64,000 bases of DNA from Candidatus Cloacimonadales bacterium. Its GTDB lineage: Bacteria > Cloacimonadota > Cloacimonadia > Cloacimonadales > JAFGVF01. Below the pieces are notes generated by a model, which was given only the letters and a program-made list of their open reading frames with translations, was not told the origin of the DNA and searched no databases. Shown here piece after piece: positions 33,570 to 40,626 of this stretch; position 1 is the stretch's first letter; every line of letters starts with the position of its first letter. The position numbers and the translations under genes were made by a program. The stretch covers positions 704,001-768,000 of the forward strand of contig CAXXJV010000001.1 in NCBI GenBank assembly GCA_963663475.2, in the 5' to 3' direction.

Positions 33570-33950
33570 GTGGTTGTGATTTTATACAAAGAGGAGAGTT
33601 ATAAGATAATTGGCCGTTGTTTTACTGTTCATACTAATCTAGGTGTCGGTTTTAGTGAGCTAGTCTATCATGAAGCTTTAATGAAGGAATTTGATAAATA
33701 TAATATACCTTATGAACACGAAGCAAAAATTGAAATTGAATATAAAAATGAAAAATTAGAAAAAAAATACTATGCTGATTTTTGTTGTTATGATAAAATA
33801 CTGTTAGAAATAAAGGCATGTTCTCATATAAATGATGAGCATGTTAAACAGGTTCTTAATTATCTAGCTGCTACTAAGCTAAAGTTAGGGATTATTATTA
33901 ATTTTGGAGAAAAAAGCTTAACTTATAAAAGAGTGATATTTGATAAATAA
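33570..33950 (+). CDS. GxxExxY family protein (PD-(D/E)XK-like)
   Basis: LYKEESYKIIG..VH..LGVGFSELVY (GxxExxY), YYADF, LLEIKA, QVLNYL..G.IINFG. Confidence 0.92.
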   Translation: MVVILYKEESYKIIGRCFTVHTNLGVGFSELVYHEALMKEFDKYNIPYEHEAKIEIEYKNEKLEKKYYADFCCYDKILLEIKACSHINDEHVKQVLNYLAATKLKLGIIINFGEKSLTYKRVIFDK

Positions 33951-33964
33951 AGACAAGATAAAAG

Positions 33965-34483
33965 CTACTACACGAATTAACTCAAGTTAAAACGAATAAG
34001 ATGCTTTACACGAATTAACTCGAAGGAGGCTTCATACATTATGCCCTCCCAGGTTAAAACGAATTTCTCGAATAAGATGCTCTACACTAATTAACACGAA
34101 TGAAAACGAATTTCTCGAATTTTTTTTTTGCTAAGATTAAAAAGGAAAGAGATATAAAGAACAGAAAAAGATAATAAAAAGAACTAAAAAAAGAAAAAAA
34201 ATAAAAGTAAGAATATGAAGAAAACTGAGAATTATGACATAACTTATTTAAGCTATATTCAGATTAATTAGTGAAATTCGTTTTCATTCGAGTTAATTTG
34301 TGTGAAGAATTTATTTGAAGCATTTAGGAGAAAAAATGCAGACAAACACGAAAAATAATAAATATCAAAAAAGATAAAAAGTGTGCAGATAATAAACAAG
34401 TGGACAAGAAAGTGTTGACTTTATACTTACAAAAAAAAATAATTCGTGAAATTCGTTTTAATTTGCGTTAATTCGTGTGAAGA
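33965..34483. repeat. Right repeat flank of the GxxExxY gene
   Basis: Several forward module-A arms, second copy of the ~176-bp repeat, inverted arms at ~34268-34308 and 34441-34483. Confidence 0.9.
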
Positions 34484-34524
34484 AATTATTTGAAGTATTA
34501 AGTTTGAAGAATTTAGGAGAAAAG

Positions 34525-35580
34525 ATGAAGATATTAATAACAGGAACTGCTGGTTTTATCGGCTTTCATTTAGCGAACAGGTTGCTCCTCGAGCAAGATG
34601 TTGAGATAATAGGTTTAGATGTAATTAATGATTATTATGATTTAAGAGTGAAGTTTGGTAGATTAGCTGAACATGGTTTCCCCATGCAGAATATTAGGTA
34701 TGGGGAGATTCTGCAGAGTGAGAAATACGCAAATTATAGATTTATTAAATTAGATTTATGTGATAGGGCCAAGCTATATAACTTATTCATAGATGAAAAA
34801 TTTGATGTGGTAGTAAATTTAGCTGCTCAAGCAGGTGTTCGGTATAGTATTACAAATCCGGAGGCCTATCTAGAGAGTAATATTATCGGTTTCTTTAATA
34901 TTTTAGAGGCAGCACGTAAGAATAAAATTAAGCATTTAGTCTATGCCTCCAGCTCTAGTGTATATGGCTGGAATGACAAACTTCCTTTCTGCACTACTGA
35001 TAACGTGGATCACCCTATCTCTCTCTATGCTGCTAGTAAGAAATCTAATGAACTCCTAGCTCATTCTTATAGTGCCCTGTATGATTTACCTACTACTGGA
35101 TTAAGATTCTTCACTGTGTATGGTCCTTGGGGCAGACCAGATATGGCTCTTTTCCTTTTTGCCAAAGCAATTGCTGAAGGAAAGGCAATCGATGTTTATA
35201 ATCATGGTAAGATGAAAAGAGATTTTACTTACATTGATGATATTGTAGAAGGTATTAAAAGAGTAATCTATCATCCTGCTCAAGCTATGCCAGAGTGGAA
35301 TGGCCAGAATCCTACTCCAGGAGCTTCAAAAGCACCGTATAAAATCTATAATATTGGGAATAATGATACAGTATTGCTTATGGATTTTATCGAGGCTATA
35401 GAGGAGGAAATGGGCAAGAAGGCTATAAAGAATATGCTACCATTGCAGCCAGGAGATGTGCCTGCTTCGCATGCGGATGTTACGGATTTGGTGGAGGATT
35501 TGGGGTATAGACCTAATACGCCTATTCGGGAAGGGGTGAAGAGGTTTATTGAGTGGTATCGGGATTTTTATAAAATCTAA
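34525..35580 (+). CDS. NAD-dependent epimerase (UDP-glucuronate 4-epimerase family)
   Basis: GTAGFIG, LAAQAGVRYS, YAASKK, FFTVYGPWGRPDMA, QPGDV; ATG 34525 follows an aggag SD. Confidence 0.93.
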   Translation: MKILITGTAGFIGFHLANRLLLEQDVEIIGLDVINDYYDLRVKFGRLAEHGFPMQNIRYGEILQSEKYANYRFIKLDLCDRAKLYNLFIDEKFDVVVNLAAQAGVRYSITNPEAYLESNIIGFFNILEAARKNKIKHLVYASSSSVYGWNDKLPFCTTDNVDHPISLYAASKKSNELLAHSYSALYDLPTTGLRFFTVYGPWGRPDMALFLFAKAIAEGKAIDVYNHGKMKRDFTYIDDIVEGIKRVIYHPAQAMPEWNGQNPTPGASKAPYKIYNIGNNDTVLLMDFIEAIEEEMGKKAIKNMLPLQPGDVPASHADVTDLVEDLGYRPNTPIREGVKRFIEWYRDFYKI

Positions 35581-35585
35581 AAGAT

Positions 35586-35817
35586 TCTTTACACGAATTA
35601 ACTCGAATTAAAACGAATTTCACGAATAAGATACTCTACACTAATTAACACGAATTAAAACGAATTACTTTTGCTAAAAGCAAAAATAAAAGAGGAAAAA
35701 AAGAAAATGATAAAAAGAGGGCTGATAAATAACAAATGGACAAAAAGTATTAACTTCTTATTTCGAAAAAGGTTAATTCGAGAAATTCGTTTTAATTCGT
35801 TTTAATTCGTGTGAAGA
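35586..35817. repeat. 42-bp imperfect inverted repeat (module A) spanning the intergenic gap
   Basis: 35586-35627 pairs with 35776-35817: 38 Watson-Crick, 1 U.G, 3 mismatches. Confidence 0.92.
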
Positions 35818-35835
35818 CTTTTGATAGGATAAAAT

Positions 35836-36225
35836 ATGATAAATACTTCGAAATATACAAGATGGGGTTTATTTCTCTATCTTATAACGCTGGTTACTGT
35901 TTCGGTGATGCCACTGGGAAATGCCAGTAAAGAATTGACAGATATTACTGTGATTCGAATTAGAGGGGATTACTTTCTCCATATGTTGGTGTATTTGCCT
36001 ATGATTAGTCTGATGCTGCTTAGTTTTCCTAAATGGAAATGGGGGATGGTGGTTATTGCACTTGGCTTGGGGGTAGGACTTGAATACTTGCAGATGCTGC
36101 TTAGTTATAGGGCCTTTAATATTAATGATTTGGTGGCGAATCTTGGGGGAGTGGTTATTGGAGGAGGGATTTTCGCCTTTCGGCTCAAAGATGCTTGCTT
36201 CGCAAGAATTAAAAATGAAAAATAA
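35836..36225 (+). CDS. VanZ-family membrane protein
   Basis: DYFLHMLVY, LEYLQ..LSYRAFNINDLVAN.GG. Confidence 0.85.
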   Translation: MINTSKYTRWGLFLYLITLVTVSVMPLGNASKELTDITVIRIRGDYFLHMLVYLPMISLMLLSFPKWKWGMVVIALGLGVGLEYLQMLLSYRAFNINDLVANLGGVVIGGGIFAFRLKDACFARIKNEK

Positions 36226-36342
36226 TAGAGCTTTTTACCTTTCGGCTCAAAGACGGGGAGACGGGGTGACGGGGAGAAATGAGAACCTATCCACAAATAA
36301 ACACAAATTAACGCGAATTAAGACGAATTTCTCGAATTTTAT

Positions 36343-37517
36343 TTCACCACAAAGACACAAAGACACAAAAAAAATTATCCACGAATAAACACAAATTAAC
36401 ACTAATAATCTATATCTTAAAATCCTTAACACAGAGTTTCACAGAGGTCCCACAGAGTTACACAGAGTTTTTTAATTCCTAAACGCTAAACTCTCAACAT
36501 TACTAAACTTTTAAATCTTTAAATCATTCTTCACCACAAAGACACAAAGAACACAAAAAAAATTATCCACGAATAAACACAAATTAACACTAATAATCTA
36601 TATCTTAAAATCCTTAACACAGAGTTACACAGAGATCACCACAGAGTTACACAGAGATCACCACAGAGTTACACAGAGTTTTTTAATTCCTAAACGCTAA
36701 ACTCTCAACATTACTAAACTTTTAAATCTTTAAATCATTCTTCACCACAAAGACACAAAGAATACAAAAAATTTATCCACGAATAAACACAAATTAACAC
36801 TAATAATCTATATCTTAAAATCCTTAACACAGAGGGCAAGAGGAGTTTCACAGAGTTTTTTAATTCCTAAACGCTAAACTCTCAACATTACTAAACTTTT
36901 AAATCTTTAAATCATTCTTCACCACAAAGACACAAAGAACACAAAATAATTAGCCACCGAAAACACCGAATACACCGATATTTTTCCTATACGCTATACT
37001 CTCAACCCTCACCTTATTAAATCATTAAACTCTTAAATCTTTAAATCAATCTTATCAGTTTTAATCTGTTCAATCAGAGTCATCTGTGTTCTATTCTTAT
37101 TTTCTTGCGAAGCAAGCATCTCTCTTTCACCACAAAGACACAAAGAACACAAAAAAAATTATCCACGAATAAACACAAATTAACACTAATAATCTATATC
37201 TTAAAATCTTTAACACAGAGTTACACAGAGGGCAAGAGGAGTTTCACAGAGTTTTTTAATTCCTAAACGCTAAACTCTCAACACTACTAAACTTTTAAAT
37301 CTTTAAATCATTCTTCACCACAAAGACACAAAGAACACAAAATAATTAGCCACCGAAAACACCGAATACACCGATATTTTTCCTATACGCTATACTCTCA
37401 ACCCTCACCTTATTAAATCATTAAACTCTTAAATCTTTAAATCAATCTTATCAGTTTTAATCTGTTCAATCAGAGTCATCTGTGTTCTATTCTTATTTTC
37501 TTGCGAAGCAAGCATCT
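36343..37517. repeat. Higher-order tandem array of 177-211 bp composite units (A-A-A-B-A-B)
   Basis: Units start with ttcaccacaaagacacaaag at 36343, 36530, 36741, 36918, 37126 and 37314. Confidence 0.95.
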
Positions 37518-37632
37518 TAGTGGTGAATATATATTTTTTTAACTTTTTTTGAGAAAAGTGACCATTTTTAAAAAAAAGGCCTCTTAAAGATTATGAAGGC
37601 TATAAGCCAAATAAAAAAAATGAGGTAATAAA

Positions 37633-38067
37633 ATGATGGTATCAAAAAAAGGTAAAGAGGAAAAAAGAGCTTTTGGCAGAAACAAGGGAAATGTAGCAAA
37701 TTGCTTATTTGCTGAAGATGTAGTGAGTGATGTAAATAAGGTAGTTAGTAATTTATCTGGTTTGGATGCTTATTTAGAAATTGTGGAATCAACTCTTGAT
37801 TATTTTACAGCAAATATGAAGTCTATGATTGCTGATCTGAAGGGAAATATCTTGAATGATATTTTTGAACTTAATCTTGTAATTGATGAGGCGGAAGAAG
37901 TTGATTGTGATGGGTGTTTGTATTCTGAAGCAGATGAAGATTCTACTGAAGATGAGGAGGAGATGCTGGATGAGGATGCATGGAGTCTAGCTTTAGCAAA
38001 AGAACTTATTACTAAGGTTAAAAAAGTAATTGAAAAAATTGATTTTTTAAATTATGAAAAAGTATAA
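37633..38067 (+). CDS. Hypothetical acidic protein
   Basis: 144-aa ORF with gaggt SD, non-repetitive, lying between repeat blocks; family not recognised. Confidence 0.65.
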   Translation: MMVSKKGKEEKRAFGRNKGNVANCLFAEDVVSDVNKVVSNLSGLDAYLEIVESTLDYFTANMKSMIADLKGNILNDIFELNLVIDEAEEVDCDGCLYSEADEDSTEDEEEMLDEDAWSLALAKELITKVKKVIEKIDFLNYEKV

Positions 38068-38071
38068 GACA

Positions 38072-38149
38072 ATGATTGCCTGGCTAGTTTTAATTATTAT
38101 TTGGGGATTTTTTATACTTGATATCCATATTCTTAATAGGATGGGATGA
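38072..38149 (+). CDS. Possible 25-aa hydrophobic peptide
   Basis: MIAWLVLIIIWGFFILDIHILNRMG starts 4 nt after the upstream stop; no clear SD. Confidence 0.25.
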   Translation: MIAWLVLIIIWGFFILDIHILNRMG

Positions 38150-38204
38150 TAAGAGTGGTTTAGGTGGAGGAAGAGACAGTGCCCTCTTTGTTCTTGTGAA
38201 TGAA

Positions 38205-38565
38205 GAGGGATTTTCGCCTTTCAGCTCAAAGATGTTTGCTTCGCAAGAATTAAAAATGAAAAATAAGAAGATTCTTTACACGAATTAACACGAATTAAAA
38301 CGAATTACACGAATTTTATTTCACCACAAAGACACAAAGAACACAAAGAAGAAGATTCTTAACACAGAGTTACACAGAGGTCACCACAGAGTTACACAGA
38401 GGTCACCACAGAGTTACACAGAGTTTTTAAGATATTGATTATTAGTGTTAATATGTGTTTATTCGTGGATAAGTTCTCATTTCATGAGAGTGAATAATGA
38501 AAAGATAAAAATGAAAAATAAAAGAGCTTTGCTCAAAGACGGGGAGACGGGGTGACGGGGAGAGT
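38205..38565. repeat. Modular repeat mosaic block
   Basis: Copy of 36164-36225, modules A, B, D, inverted G, tctcatttcatgaga hairpin, gacgggg 8-mers. Confidence 0.9.
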
Positions 38566-38814
38566 AAACATTCCTTACACAGACCGGAGTTCCTCAGCCG
38601 TAGGCAAGGGACTTCGGGCGAAGAGTGTCGGAAGTCGCTACTCCGTGAGCAACTCCCGTCACTCCTAATTAGGGTAAAGAATCTCTTTTTTTCTTATCAG
38701 TGTTTTCAGTTACTAAATCTTCTAACTAGTAGATTCTAAAAGGCTCAAGTTCAAGTCTGGTGGGAATAATATAGGAAAATGAGAATATTTCATTACTATA
38801 TTGATTCATCAAAA

Positions 38815-38915
38815 ATCCCTGAAAGGGATAAAATAATTTAGCCCAGGGTAAGATGCTGAAAGTATCGCAACCCTGGGTAATGATGGCTAGCCCAAAGATA
38901 TTACCCTGTAAGGGT
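38815..38915. repeat. REP-like multi-hairpin element
   Basis: atccct-gaa-agggat; cccagggt...accctggg enclosing gatgct-gaa-agtatc; accct-gta-agggt. Confidence 0.7.
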
Positions 38916-38941
38916 TTAATAAAAGGATAAATAATGAAAGA

Positions 38942-39205
38942 GCTTTTACTCGAATTAACACGAATTAAGACGAATTTCACGAATTTTATTTCACCACAAA
39001 GACACAAAGAACACAAAGAAGTAGATCCTTAACACAGAGTTACGCAGAGTTTTTAAGAGAAGGGAGGGAGAAAATTGCCACCGAAAACACGAAGAAGGTT
39101 TTCACCTTTCGGCTCAAAGACGGAGTGATGGAGTGATGGAGAGATAGAGAGACGGAGAGATAGAGAGACGGAGAGACGGAGAGACGGAGATAGAGATTGA
39201 GAGAG
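38942..39205. repeat. Modular repeat block ending in nine tandem 8-mers
   Basis: 38948-39050 matches 38278-38380; ga(c/t)(g/a)gag(a/t) x9 at 39119-39190. Confidence 0.9.
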
Positions 39206-39222
39206 AAAAAAATCCTTTTATC

Positions 39223-39251
39223 TTGACACTAATTCTTAGGAAAGACATAGT
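39223..39251 (+). promoter_or_regulatory. Putative sigma70-type promoter for murA
   Basis: TTGACA-N17-CATAGT; the same hexamer pair occurs at 59631. Confidence 0.5.
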
Positions 39252-39372
39252 GACAAAATAAAGCCAAATAATGCAGTAGGGTTTTATGGAAGAGTGGAGA
39301 AGAATATTTTGCTAGTCATAAAAACCTACTAGACTATTTGGGATAAATTAAGAGATAGGAAATGGTGATATA

Positions 39373-40626
39373 ATGAAGAAGTTTTTAATAAAGGGTGGAA
39401 AGAAATTAGCAGGTAGTGTAGAAGTAAGTGGAGCTAAGAATGCAATATTGCCTATTTTAGCTGCTTGTTTGCTTACTCGGGGAAAGTGTGTTTTAACTAA
39501 TGTTCCTAAGTTAGTTGATTTGAAAACCATGGCCCATTTGCTAAGAATTATTGGAGCTAGAGTTGATTATTTAGAGGGTAGAATGGAAGTTGATACTGCT
39601 GATGTTTGTTTTCCTGAAGCTCCTTATGAACTTGTTTCACAGATGCGGGCTTCTATCTATGTATTAGGTCCACTATTAGTAAAGTTTAAGAAGGCTAAAG
39701 TTTCCTTCCCTGGTGGTTGTGCTATTGGGGCTAGACCTATTGATTTACATTTAAAGGCTTTGGAAAAAATGGGAGCAAGTTTCGAAACTAAGAAGGGTTA
39801 TCTCTATGCTAAAACTGCAGAATTGCAGGGGGCAGAAATTGACTTTGAAAATGTTTCGGTAGGAGCTACTTGTCATATTTTAATGACAGCTACTTTAGCT
39901 AAGGGGAAGACTATCATGAGAAATTGTGCCAGAGAGCCAGAAATTGATAGTTTGATAGACTTTTTAGTCAAGATGGGAGCTAAGATAAAAGGAAAAGGCA
40001 CTTCTACTTTAGAGGTTGAAGGTGTTAAAGAGCTTTTTCCGGTAGGCATGGAAATGATGCCTGATAGAATAGAAGCAGGAACATTTTTAATTGCTGGTGC
40101 TATTACTAAGAGTGAAATTACTATAGATAAGTGTAATCCTCAACATTTAGAAGCTTTGATTCTCAAGATGCAACAGGCTGGTTTTCAGGTTGATTGTGAG
40201 GAAAATAAGATGAAGATTTTCCCAGCTAAAAGAATTTTGCCAGTTAATATTGTTACTGATCCTTATCCAGCTTTTCCTACTGATTTGCAAGCTCAGTTTT
40301 TAGCTTTAATGACTCTTGCTCAAGGGACTTCTTACATAGAAGATACTATTTTTCCTGATAGATTCATGCATGTTCCAGAATTAAATAGATTGCAGGCTAA
40401 TATTTCTCAAGAGAAAGGAAAGGCTAAGGTTGAAGGAGTTAAAGAATTATCAGGGGCAGAAGTAATGGCTACTGATCTAAGAGCAAGCGCTGCTTTGGTC
40501 TTGGCAGGTTTAGCTGCAGAGGGAGAGACGATAGTGTCTAGAATCTACCATATTGATAGAGGTTATGATAATATTGAAGGTAAATTAAGATTATTAGGAG
40601 CGGACATTGAAAGGATTGAAGAATAA
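39373..40626 (+). CDS. murA: UDP-N-acetylglucosamine 1-carboxyvinyltransferase
   Basis: SGAKNA, MRAS, PGGCAIGARPIDLH, PDRIEAGT, FPTDLQ, DLRA, HIDRGY. Confidence 0.97.
   Translation: MKKFLIKGGKKLAGSVEVSGAKNAILPILAACLLTRGKCVLTNVPKLVDLKTMAHLLRIIGARVDYLEGRMEVDTADVCFPEAPYELVSQMRASIYVLGPLLVKFKKAKVSFPGGCAIGARPIDLHLKALEKMGASFETKKGYLYAKTAELQGAEIDFENVSVGATCHILMTATLAKGKTIMRNCAREPEIDSLIDFLVKMGAKIKGKGTSTLEVEGVKELFPVGMEMMPDRIEAGTFLIAGAITKSEITIDKCNPQHLEALILKMQQAGFQVDCEENKMKIFPAKRILPVNIVTDPYPAFPTDLQAQFLALMTLAQGTSYIEDTIFPDRFMHVPELNRLQANISQEKGKAKVEGVKELSGAEVMATDLRASAALVLAGLAAEGETIVSRIYHIDRGYDNIEGKLRLLGADIERIEE

Noticed and set aside
34477-34524. N-terminal extension of the epimerase
   Set aside because: The GTG lies inside a repeat arm; the aggag SD supports ATG 34525.
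36343-37517. CRISPR array
   Set aside because: Units are near-identical along their length with no unique spacers, and no cas genes are in the window.
36080-39016. ORFs 36080-36388, 36105-36296, 36247-36432, 38726-39016
   Set aside because: Repeat-derived or overlapping vanZ.
28620-39205. Classical IS, integron or DGR explanation for the repeats
   Set aside because: No transposase, integrase or reverse transcriptase gene; no clear target-site duplication; no attC consensus; no TR/VR pair with A-specific mismatches seen.
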